A program made the translations under genes and the position numbers. Below are positions 49,456 through 61,296 of a stretch of 64,000 bases of DNA, one piece after another. Position 1 is the first letter of the stretch. Each line of letters starts with the position of its first letter. The notes beneath the pieces were generated by a model. The model worked only from the letters and a program-made list of their open reading frames with translations. It did no database searches and was not told the DNA's origin. The stretch comes from Carcharhinus longimanus (lineage: Eukaryota): the NCBI GenBank assembly GCA_030264375.1, contig JASCQW010000122.1, positions 33,024,550-33,088,549 of the forward strand, in the 5' to 3' direction.

Positions 49456-51659
49456 CTGATACTGATGATGGAAAGCGTAAAGAGAAAAATAAATGAGGGA
49501 GTTGTGATTAAATGCTGACGAGTTTGACTTTTAAAAGCTTGACTGTAGTACAAGAAAAAAAAGATTGAGTGATGGAAAGCATTCCAGAGTTTGATACCTT
49601 GAGAAAGGATGTTTGAATAGGAGATGATGCTAATTTTTTTCCTCAATATACTGGGAATTTGCAGAGTGGGAAGAATATGTAAATTGGCATCCTCAGAGCT
49701 TGGGAGAAACAAAAATATAAAAAGCTTAAGAGGAGCACTTAAAACAGAGATAGATAAGAAGGACTGTGATGGACCAGGAGAGAGAAAGAGGAGAGTAGAA
49801 GTGAGAGAAGGTCTGTCTATCAAACAACATTTTCCTTTTTTGTTGTTGAGGCATCTGAGAAAAATGTTGGAACAACCAGCAGCGGCTTTTGTGCTTTGGA
49901 AGGATTTGAGATTTATAGAATATTTCTGAGGGAGGAGTGTTTGGCACAGATGAGGAAATGTAAGTTTCTTCAAAAAACTTACTTTAAATATACAGGAGAT
50001 TAGTGAGATCTATTAGAGATCAAAGGATTTGGCCACAAATTTTACCACAGATGAAGAGGAGGGGAAGGGCTGGCAGCTGTTGGTCGGGTTTAAGAGAGAC
50101 AGGAAGATATACACGGTTGAAGTTTCCGACTTGCTCCCTGATGCTGTCCCATCTCCAGCTGACTTTCCTAGGTGCAGCTGACAAGGGGCATTGGCTCCAT
50201 GGAGGTAAGCAACCCATAATGTTAATTAAGGCCCCATTCAAAAAGCATTGTCCCATACTCCACCTCCCTACTGTATAGATCAGCCTCTCAGCAACAGGTC
50301 AGAAAGTCATCAGACCCTCCTTTCAATTACACCCAATATCACAGCTGCTGAAACAGCCACAACCACAGTTATTCCTCTGATGGAGAATCCCCTTCACACT
50401 GAGAGCCAAGACACCCAGGCTTTTCTTCGTCAAAACATATTCAGCAGACATCTGAGAACCTCTTCATTTTGAGGTGCCCTCATGTTTGTCTACTTCCCTC
50501 AACAGCTCCGCCAGATGGGACTGCCAGCTATCAAATGCTGCAGGCCTTCTCACTGAGCCTTCTGCCTTGATCATCAACTTGCCTTGCTATCCTGAGAGTG
50601 AACATGGAGGTAGCCAGTTAGGAGGCCACTTCATGTGAAGTTGCTGTAACGGGCATGCTGAGGTAAAGTAGGGGCTTGAGATGCACATATATCCCTGTTG
50701 CCAAGGTCTCGATGTGCCTGCTTTTCATTGCCTGCTTGGAGGGGGAGGAAGAGACCTAAAGCAATTTAGTTATTGCACCATGAGAGGAGATATGCAGGAA
50801 GGAGATAAATGTAAAATAGAATCATCAGAGAAAAGCTGCTTACAATTGAATGATTGAACAAGATCAATCGGACAGGATGGTTTTACAATCAATGTAAATA
50901 TGCATGATGAGAGAATATATAGGAAACCAGAGGTGTGAAATGCCAAACCTGGCAAACAATTTGGAGGTTCAAGGCAAAGTCACATTCTCTTTGAATTTGT
51001 TTAACAGCAGAGTTTTAGTTTGCTCAACATGGGCTACATGACCATTTGTTGGATGAACGTGGCGGGAAACATGCTGAAAGGCAAGAACTTTCCCACCTTT
51101 AAACCAATGCATAATTTCAGGATTGCTCACAGTTCATCCAGTTTTCGAAATGATTGACATATGGACAATCAGAATGAATCACTTTGTTAAAGATGGGATT
51201 AATCGGACTTCAAATTATCAAGCAAAGTCAAGTTTACTGAGAATGGGAGATTAAAGAGGCAGAATAGGGCAGGTGCAAATATAGAAACACACATTTTAAG
51301 GATTTTGGAACTGATTCAAATAGGTCCAGAGGTCTTATCGGAGTAAACCAAGGAAAGAGTGGAAACATTTGACAAATGGCTGCTAATTAAAGAGTAACAT
51401 GAGACAATATAGGAAAGGTTCTTTGCCAAAATGTGAGAGAGCTTTGAAATGATAGTTGAGAGATAAAAATAAAGATAACATTGTTTTCAATAAAGTTGCA
51501 CAAACAACTCTAATATTGTATTTACTAGAGTCATGAAGAACATTAAAGTTGGTACAAGTTGTTTCAGACTGATCAAGACAGGCAAAACTTTTACAAACTT
51601 TTTTGCATCAGATCAGGAAGGAAAAGACGAAGGTGTTAAATATTCCATGTTTACATTCC

Positions 51660-51816
51660 AGGGTGGCATGGTGGTACAGTGGTTAGCACTGTTACTGCCT
51701 CACAGCACCAAGGACCCAGGTACAATTCTGGTCTCAGGTGACTGCCTGTGTGGTGTTTGCACGTTCTCTCCGTGTCTGTGTGGGTTTCTCCTGGCTGTTC
51801 TGTTTCCCTCCCACAC
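51660..51816 (+). mobile_element. HE1-like SINE 5' half, broken at an inversion junction
   Basis: GGGTGGCATGGTGGTACAGTGGTTAGCACTG..TTTCCCTCCCACAC, then an abrupt switch of sequence. Confidence 0.85.
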
Positions 51817-52786
51817 TCAGGCACCTTTGGGGATTGTTTGAACTGAACATGATTATCTGCTTTTTTATGCACAAACTCATTGGAACAGTCCAGCTGTCAA
51901 GAGGCTGTCCATCTGCCTAGGAGCTGTCAAACCATCATGGAACTTTCAAGGAACTGCCCAGCTGTCCTGGAAGTGTCAAATCTGTCAAGGATGTGTCCAA
52001 AGATACTAAGTGAGTTGGCATGGAGAGGGTCAGAGAAACGGGTATTATGTGGGAGGCCATGAGTTTGCAATGAATTGACACTAAGTTGTCACAGATATGA
52101 TGGGTATTAAGGTGGGAAGAGGGGCATGAGTTGGCATAAGTTGGCATGACTGGTACATAGGGAGAGTTTGGGGTGGTGAGAGATAAGAGCTAGAGGGATG
52201 TTTTTTGTCTTTTTTAGATTTCGATAAAAACAAACTTATTTCAGTTGACCCCGGACCTTCCGCACCTGGACCAAAAATTCCAAGCTATAGGTATACATTT
52301 TTAAAGGTCTGGTGTGCTTAGCTGGGAAATCTCTTGACTCTGTGCACCTAAGAGACAAAATTCTAGGCTCAAAATTTAGCCTTAAAGATTGCTTAATTGA
52401 CATTTTCTGTATGAACACAGATATGGACTATTGACTAGCCATACAACATCTTACCTGCTGTAAACTTTTGACCCATGTGTGTCAGTCCTTTTTAGCTTAC
52501 CATCTCACTTTAAACATGAGCAGGATTCTCTTCTTTCTCTCATAACCAGCAGGCTAAAGCTAGAAAGCTTGCATGGATTATTTAAATTATTCAACCTTGA
52601 TAAATAGCTCTTGAAGGACAGATGTGCGCGTCACTTACTTTGAGCTGGTCCCAGCCTTTCTGCAGTGGTGCAAGCTGATTAGATGGTTTTCATAATTGTG
52701 AATCATATTTCATTATTCCAAATATTGGCTTCAGTCTTCTGGATTTTCCATCTGCACCAGCAATTAAACTGAAGTTAGTCTAGCTC

Positions 52787-52853
52787 ATATAGAATCATAC
52801 AATCCCTACAGTGCAGAAGGAGGCCATTCGGCCTATTGAGACTGCACTGACAA
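52787..52853 (-). mobile_element. HE1-like SINE 3' tail running into gap
   Basis: TAGAATCATACAATCCCTACAGTGCAGAAGGAGGCCATTCGGCC. Confidence 0.85.
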
Positions 52854-53778
52854 NNNNNNNNNNNNNNNNNNNNNNNNNNNNNNNNNNNNNNNNNNNNNNN
52901 NNNNNNNNNNNNNNNNNNNNNNNNNNNNNNNNNNNNNNNNNNNNNNNNNNNNNTGATGGTTTGACAGCTCCTAGGCAGATGGACAGCCTCTTGACAGCTG
53001 GACTGTTCCAATGAGTTTGTGCATAAAAAAAGCAGATAATCATGTTCAGTTCAAACAATCCCCAAAGGTGCCTGATGCGTCCCAAATGTGCTGCAGGACC
53101 CTATCCCAAGGGGTGCCTTGTTTCTCCAAAGGGATACTCTGGCTATTCAACTTCAGGCCTCCTCTTATCTGGTCTGCTCTATACACTCTATGATTCACGC
53201 AGCTAAGATTCAAAATTCTGAACTCAGTGAAGGCTCCTGGTGATTTAAATGACCAGCTGCCCTCACGACTCATGCTTGTGCAAAACCCCAGCCTGATCCC
53301 AGTCCCACCTCCATGAAGATGGGAAATATCAGGTTTTTTTGGGAAGGTGAGGGTCTTAAAAAATTCTACCATGTTTGGGATTTTCACTAGAGATGCTCTC
53401 TGTTGGAATGAAAATCTGAACCTACATAACTCCAGTTGTAACTATTAATGGTTCCACATATATTCTGTAATGATCATTGTCATTATGTGGCTGCCATTCT
53501 TGAAAAAGAGCATTGTCACTTTCTGAAAGAGTTTATCGTCGTCACGTTTGCTGTTGGGCTGATTCCAACCTATCATTTTTTTGCCAATTACATTGCAAGT
53601 ATCCTTCAAAATATGTGCAATCTACAGAAACTATAAATAAACCCTCAAATAATTGATGTATCTCCAAAATATATACTTTTGACTTCCATCGGAGATTTAT
53701 TTATGCAAGTAGGTTTTACATCTGCCAAAATAATGTCATAAAACCTTGGATTAACGATCCGACAGGAAAGATTCATAT

Positions 53779-54340
53779 AATCATAGAACAATACAATACA
53801 GGAGGTCAGCTGGCTCATTGTACCCTTGCTAGCTCTTTTGAAGAGCTTTCACTTTGTCCAATCTCCTAATTCTTTCCCTATAGCCCTGCATATCTTTCCT
53901 ATTCAAGCTTTCATCTAATTTCCTTGTGAAAGTTGTGATAAAAATGGCTTCCATCACTTTCGGGCACTACATTCTAGATCGCAGCAACCTGCTGCCTAAA
54001 AAACACTTCCATCTCCACGCTACTTCTTTTGGATACTTAATTCTGTTTCCTTTGGTTACTGATCCCTTCTATGACTAGAAACAGTTTCTCCTTATTTACT
54101 TTATCCAAATCCTTCATGACTTTGAACAGCTCTATCAAATCTTCCCTAAATTTTCCATGCGGAATTATTCCAATTCCTTGAGTCTCTCCATATAACTGAA
54201 TTACCTGGTAGCATTCTCAGATCCGCGCTCCATCCTCTCAAAGGCTTTGACATCCTCTCTAATGTATAATGCCTGGGATTAAACATTGTTGGGGCCTTAA
54301 GTTATAACGATTTAGCATAGCTTCCTTGTTTTCATATTTT
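53779..54340 (-). mobile_element. Old CR1 3' fragment
   Basis: AATCATAGAACAATACAATACAGG tail and decayed ORF2 end. Confidence 0.6.
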
Positions 54341-55019
54341 ATAGTCCCAATATTTACTGGGAGGTATGGCAAGGAGAGAGCAGAAGTATCCATTATCCAG
54401 GGAAAAACCATGAACTGCAGGAACATTGTGGGCCTGACTGATCCTCATCAGTCCTTTATTAACTCCATTTCTGGGTCAGAACGTATAGTTGGCTGATTGC
54501 TGGGTAGGAAAGCCTCTGGTAGAAAGCCGTGTTCAGACACTGCTGGAACAGTTCCTTCTGCAATTAGAGAAGATTATGGCATGGGTGAGGGCAGAATTTT
54601 TGTTCTGGATGGGTCAGCCAGTCGCGGGAAGGGTGCTATTGCAGGAATGGAGAAACAATATGTGCAGGGGGCAGAGAGATTAAGAATGGAAATACCCTGG
54701 CAGAAGCAATGATGAGAAAGCATTACAGGCTAGATCTGCCAACTTCAGGCTCCCTGTAGCTGTTTAGTTTGCTGAACTGCACACAGCTTTAAATTTCCAA
54801 GTCCAAGGAATTGAACCTCAATTAAATATTACAGTGCACCAGTCTCTCCAGCTGCCTCCACATCTACCACAGCTAAACTGGAAGTAGGTGTGTTCTGGTG
54901 AGTTTCCATCTTTACTGAGTTAACTCATCCATCCTATTGTCTCAGATCTACTGTCACTCCAGACTCTGAATTTGTACTCTTCGGAATAGGGGTAAGTTTG
55001 TAAATGACCGCACCATCAT

Positions 55020-55410
55020 GCGGGCAGAGCTACTGCCTCACAGTGCCAGGGACTCGGGTTCAATTCCTGGTTTGGGTCACCATCTGTGTGGAGTTTGCAC
55101 ATCCTCCCCGTGTCTGCTTGGGTTTCCTCTGGGTGTTCCGGTTTCTTCCCACATTTCAAAGATGTGCAGATTANNNNNNNNNNNNNNNNNNNNNNNNNNN
55201 NNNNNNNNNNNNNNNNNNNNNNNNNNNNNNNNNNNNNNNNNNNNNNNNNNNNNNNNNNNNNNNNNNNNNNNNNGTTAGGTGGATTGGCCGTGCTAAATTG
55301 TTCCTTAGTGCCAGGGGTCTAGCTCGGTTAAATACATGGAGTTATGGGGATAGGGCCTGGATGGGATTTGATGGGCCGAATGGCCTTCTTCTGCACTGTA
55401 CGATTCTATG
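55020..55410 (+). mobile_element. HE1-like V-SINE spanning a gap
   Basis: CTGCCTCACAGTGCCAGGGACTCGGGTTCAATTCC, V-domain, tail GATTCTATG. Confidence 0.88.
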
Positions 55411-55744
55411 GAAGGGAATCTGATGAAGGGATACTGGCCACTGAGGAATTTGTCTGGAGTTGTTGTATCTAAATGTTTCCCCACAGTGGATGTTTGGCTG
55501 ATTGACTTCCAGAGTGCACCATTGCAATCCTCTTCTGGCACCACTCCCATCCCACCCAGATCAGGTGAGTTTTCCACTTTGAAAGCTGCTAACTTTTAAG
55601 GATCCCCTCTTCATTTTTATTTCATTCCTCAATCGTCAATGCCTTCACTGTGCCATCAGCAGCAATCCTTCTAGTGAGTACAGGTGGAAGATACTCATTT
55701 AGCTATGTCTCCACAAGACACGTGGCTAGATAAGTTGATTGTAA

Positions 55745-56150
55745 TGAAGTTAGTTGAAAAATAAACATCAGCCAGGTCAAAGATCTTCTTCAAATAATAG
55801 AATACTTTAAATCCACTTAAGAGGACAGGTGGGACCTTCTAACTCAGTGGAGGCATTCTTCAGGACTGAGCTGTCAACCTGCATGTGTTGTGTATTCAAA
55901 ACTCATAGGTTTAAAGACTTGAACATTGAATCCATCCATATAATCCATCCGTAGAATCCCTATGGTGCAGAAGGAGTCCTTTCGGCCCATCGAGTCTGCA
56001 CCTACCCTCCGAAAGAGCACTCTACCTAGGCCTATTCCTCTGCCCTATCCCTGTACGTCCACGCATTGATCATGGCCAATCCACCTAACCTACACATCTT
56101 CGGGTTAGTGACCTTCTGATTTAGATGCACTAGCGCTACCACTCATTGCA
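55745..56150 (-). mobile_element. Decayed Deu-SINE interrupted by an HE1-like 3' fragment (~55945-56101)
   Basis: AATCCACTTAAGAGGACAGG..GACTTGAAC | TAGAATCCCTATGGTGCAGAAGG.. | GACCTTCTGATTTAGA. Confidence 0.6.
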
Positions 56151-57185
56151 CTGATCAGAGGCTATTACCGTTAATCACGTCAGGTGAACGATTTCTTCAT
56201 TTGATTTTTCCTCCTCTTGACTTGCACAATATTGTGAATGTGCAGTGTTGGCTCTGATTAAATAGCCATGGCATGTCGTTATTCACGATTTCAGCTTCCA
56301 GGTAATAGAAGCTCAGCATTGAAGTAAAGTTATGATGGCTTCCATAGGTTCACTCGACACCTGATGACCAAGAAGCTCAGAGTTGTTTGCAATTTGTCTC
56401 ACGAAAGGTTGTCATATGCTCCTTAATGTTCTTCTCCTGCACAATTTAAATTATGTCCATATGGCATCTGTCTAATTCGATATCTTTGTGGTTTTATGTT
56501 AAAGTATTTAAACAAGTGCACTCTGGCAAGTGTGGAAAAGCAGTCGTGCTGCTGTTCAGCTTGCTCTATTTTTATTAAAGACTCCTTAAGCTCTCTCTTC
56601 CTTTATTCTCCATCATTTATTGCATGAAATTATTTGTATGACCTTTAAGGAGACGGAAAATACATCGATGAACTGGTGCTTCCTTTTGTATAAGTGCGTA
56701 TGGGTAGTTATAGCCCGGGAGCATGCAGATGCTCACCATCTGCTTAGGGCACTCTACCATTAGAGTGGGTTTGTATACTAGTTACCCAGCCAACAGGACC
56801 CTTGGTGATTGCAAATACTTATACTTGATGTTTGAGCTGAGTACTCCTACTGGAAGGATTTTCTGAGTCAGTTCTGCTCTTATAGATAGAAATTTCATTC
56901 CCCAAGTGTTCAAGAGGCCTGAGGGAGTCTAGTTACCAAACTACTTACTGCCTAGAAATAGTCACTGGGCTGCGTGTTGCTGTGAAATCTGTCCCACTTG
57001 GAAATAAAGCCATTGGGTGAAAACACTTGTCCAGAACTGGCTAATTGAATGAGAGCTGCCAGGAACAAATCTTGCTGATAATTTTGATCAGCTGCAAACA
57101 AGACATCGGACTATTTTGCATTATGAGATGCCCTGTAACTGTGCCACACTAAGCGGGCTAAATTCACCTTGGACGGAAAAGCAAA

Positions 57186-57878
57186 ATCATAGAATCATCT
57201 AGAAACATCAAGTGCAGAAGAGGCCCTTCGGCCCATTGAATCTGCACAAACATGCATGAAATAACTGACCTCCCACCTAATCCCACTTACCACCACTTGG
57301 TCCATATCCTTGAATGTTATGGCATGTCAAATGCTCATCCAGGTGCTTTTTAGAGGATGTGAGGCAACTTGCCTTTACCACCCTCCCAGGCAGCGCATTC
57401 CAGACCAGCACTACTCTCTGAGTAAAATAGTTTTTCCTCACATCCCCCTAAAACTCCTGCTTCTTCCCTTGAACCTATGTCTCCTTGTGACTGACCCTTC
57501 AACTAAAGGGATCAGCTGCTCCTTATCAACTCTGTCAGCGCCCCTCGTAATCACCCCTCAGTCTGCACTGCTCCAACACAAACAACCCAAGCCTCTCCAA
57601 CCTGTTTTTATAACTTAAATGTTCCACCCTGGGCAGCATCCCAGTGATTTCCTTTGCACCCTCCCCAGTGCAATCAAATCCTTCTTATAATGTAGCAACC
57701 AGAACTGCACACAGTACTCTAGCTGTGGCCTCACCAAAGTTTGATACAACTCCAATATGACTTCCCTGCTTTGTAATCTATGCCTCGATTGATAAAGGCC
57801 AGTGCACTATATGACTTTTTCACCACCCCACTGACATGCCCTTCCTTCTGCAGAAATCTATGGACAAACATGCCAAAA
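57186..57878 (-). mobile_element. CR1 LINE 3' ~0.7 kb
   Basis: ATCATAGAATC tail; CCAGAACTGCACACAGTACTCTAGCTGTGGCCTCACCAAAGT is LVRPQLEYCVQFW on the minus strand. Confidence 0.9.
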
Positions 57879-60800
57879 TATGTAATAGCACACTGGCAGC
57901 CCATTCTGCACTCTGTCCAATTTTCTTTTCCCGCAGAATGTGAAAAAGGACTGCCAATTAATTATTGCCTGATTCTGACTGGCTGCCCAAGTTATCCGTA
58001 TAGGGTTATTCAAGGTTTCGTGTAGTGCAACTAGCAACCGAGCCTTCGCATTGGAACTACATGGTGCCTCCTCCCAATCTGCCACATAATTGATACATAC
58101 CATTTCCAGTATACTCAAGAATATGACTGAAAGTTGAGATCGGCTTCGCTAACGTGGGAACTCCTCAGGATGTATTTTTGAAGAGCAGGGAGGGAGAACG
58201 GTTAGTATGCTTGGTTGGTTTTTGATATTAACAAGGTCAATATTCTGTTGATAAGCCATCAGAAATTGTGGAAAGCCGACTAATTAGGAAAGAAGAAACA
58301 TGAATTGTACAATCTACAATCAGTGTTCGAACAATTATGACCTTAATTTGCATTTCTTATCCTTTGTTTTCTTCTTCAGTCTCCCATTTGGCTGCTGATC
58401 ATACTGCACAGCTTGTTCCCACTTTCTTTCAGCCTTACTGATAGTTGCCATGGATGCACCGAACCCTGTTGTCTTTATTATGTACTCTTTTCTGGTTTCT
58501 CCATTGCTTGTTGATAGACTAACTTTGGTATAGTCAGAATGGACATCATTTTGTATGTGAAAAACGTACAGAAGAAAATGATAGATTGTAAGCTTGCTGG
58601 GAGAGCATTCAGGGAAAATACTTCTAACCTACATATAAATACTAGATGTATAGATTGCAAAACCAAACCATCAGCGTCCTATCCAATGCAAGCCTGCCTC
58701 CAGCCATGTTTTGGTCTACCAACCCATAATGCTCAATTTTAATGTAACTCCTCCTCTCAGAATATTCATTCAGATCAAAGGGATAATAACAATTAACTGC
58801 TGCCTACCATCAATCTGCATCTTAATGAAGGCTCCAGGATGGAAGAAGGACACCCCATTATCCTATTTAGTGTGGTAAATGAACATTGGATGTGCATGCT
58901 AATTCATTTGAATTTAACATCTGTCTGGAATACTAAATACTTCAAACTGCCACTGAACTCGCCAACTTTGCAAGAACTCTACGTTTTTTGAACCAACTCA
59001 AGGGACCCAAGCGCGTTCAGGATTGATGCCAGTATATTGCATGCAGTGAGCAAAATGACCATCCGTTCTGCTGAAGCAGCCCCTGCAGACAGAATAGAGT
59101 GGTCGTCTTAGGAAGCAGAAAAACAAGTATCAGAGTTTCATGTACTCATTCGCATGAGATTCAGAGAAAGGTAGTGTTCTCATGCTAGGAGTAACATGTT
59201 AGTCACCAAGTTTTAGAATATTTATCAAACAAGAAAATCTTAAGAAAATAAAGTAGATAGTAATTCACATAACTATCAACCAAAACAGGAATATTTTATA
59301 CTGTTAGGCACGTTAATCATTAGCAGAATATTAAATACTTACACATTAATGTCCTGTTAAATTGTGGAAACATTTTAAAATTGTGAAAGTACTTGGAAAT
59401 TGTTTTTGAAGGTGACACAATTGTAACATATCCCACCTTCGACATGTCAGCTTTAAGCACACTTGTGTTGTAAATCAAATCCAATGCAGCGCACTCCCTA
59501 CATGAAAATGTTGGCCCACCCTGTCCTCAGAAGAGCACCCCCTACTGCACCAATGACATTTTCTCTTCCTATAGTCCTCATCCTTGTGGCATCTGAGGTT
59601 ATCAAATTTGTGCTAATTAGTGTCAAATTTAATGGCACTTTATGATGTGGACTCATGTCCACTGGGAACTGGATTGAAATTGCCTGAAATTCATTTTCAC
59701 TCAGCATTCTTAACAGCTGTCACACAAAGATGGTGTTCAAACCCCCCCTGCTAGAGCTCGAATGAAAACTCGGTTCCAAAGGTGAAAGGACAGTGCTATA
59801 AAGGCACCACCCAGTGACCATAAATTAAATATCTTGACAACAAGAACAAAACTAACATTATTACTGAGAATAAAAATATGATTCGTGAAGCACAAACCTC
59901 TTTTTAACCTTTAAGTGGAGGCTTTAACACATTTACATAGTATTAAGAAAGTTTTCCCTTTTGTCCTCAGATTCACGTCCAGAGGACATCAATTCAAAAA
60001 TGATTTTGAAGCCAATTGTCACCATAGCCTTCTGACAGCTACAATTACTTCATATTCATATGTTAGCATTAATTGCTAGCTGTATTACATCATTATAATT
60101 CTGATAGTCTTTGCCTTCTGGCAATTATAAAACTGTTAGTCGCTCATACCCATGCAACTTAGATCTGGATTCCATTGCCCTCGATAGCAGTCACTATTTG
60201 TATATCATGCCACTTAATGCTACTGGGTGAAAGGGATAAGGAGAACTGTTGGATAAGTAGTCACTCAATTTTTAACAAGTATGTCAATCCGATCTCTGTT
60301 TTGATTTATTTCTATGACCTTGCCCACACATATTTCCCCCATCAACAGCCCAAAATCCCCAATTTTGCAGAGACTGTTAAATCCCCTCAGTGGGAAATTT
60401 AGGCCCATAGCAATTCTGGTTTGTGTTAGCAGATATCTGCATTATTTCAAGACACACAAGCCTGCTGCTAAGTAAGAAACCACAGATGGTCCTTGCATTT
60501 TTAAAGATCATTTATTGGGACTTTTCTTAACTCTTTAATGCCCAGTGAATTCTAAAGAGGATGTTTTGTAATGGATGGAGCATTCGTCATGGGTATGAAT
60601 TTTTGCTACATTTTAAATGATAACTGACCAACTCCTTATTTTCCTCCCTTAATGAGGGGAGATAAAGCATTTAGGCTGTCAGCTCATTTCCACGGTTAGA
60701 GTCATTGACCCTCTTTGGGTGACCTATTGAATAATGGAAAAAATGAGGGTGATGTGGATGGGGTGACTCCCATTCTTTTTCCAGGCAGTCTTTCAAATCC

Positions 60801-61213
60801 AATCCCAGGAAAAAGTCTAGGTATGAATCTGTCTGACAGTGGGGGCAGAAATTCTGGATTCCTGAATTGTGAACATTTCAGATTTTTCACTGATGTTATG
60901 AGTGAATTCATTCCTCACACAAAATATATTGAAAATGAAATCAATAAATAGTAATGTTGACAGGGGCTATTTAAAATCAAATGCCCTCTCAGTTATCCCG
61001 ATTGTTTTGGCTGTCACCATACTTCCTCCTTTAGCCAGCAACGCCAAACAAACTGGACCGTAGATTCACAAATCAATCCCAATAAAGTATTGGCCAAATG
61101 GATGTCTGAAAGGTTTACACCAATTTGGCTGTTCCTTAAGTGAGAGTACCTGATATTTGCATGGTTCTCCACTCAACTTGACAAAAACTCACTCATCTGA
61201 AGCAAATGTTGTG

Positions 61214-61296
61214 GAGTGACAGGCTGTCTGCGATTCGAACTCACATCATCTGGTTGAAAGTGTTGAAGTCCTAACACTCGAGCTGGTAGGTCACTC
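61214..61296 (-). other. tRNA(Glu)-like relic (pseudo-tRNA or ancient SINE head)
   Basis: 7-bp closing stem GAGTGAC/GTCACTC, A-box-like AGCTCGAGTGTTAGG, CTTTCA loop, B-box GAGTTCGAATC; anticodon and T stems pair poorly. Confidence 0.4.

Noticed and set aside
49371-49973. 200-aa minus-strand ORF, the longest without Ns
   Set aside because: Low-complexity L/S/F/I from pyrimidine-rich repeat remnants (Deu-SINE head and a probable old Penelope-like UTR).
58335-58628. 98-codon stop-to-stop minus-strand frame ending KKKTKDKKCKLRS
   Set aside because: Weak acceptor, unrecognised protein; several such frames are expected by chance in 64 kb.
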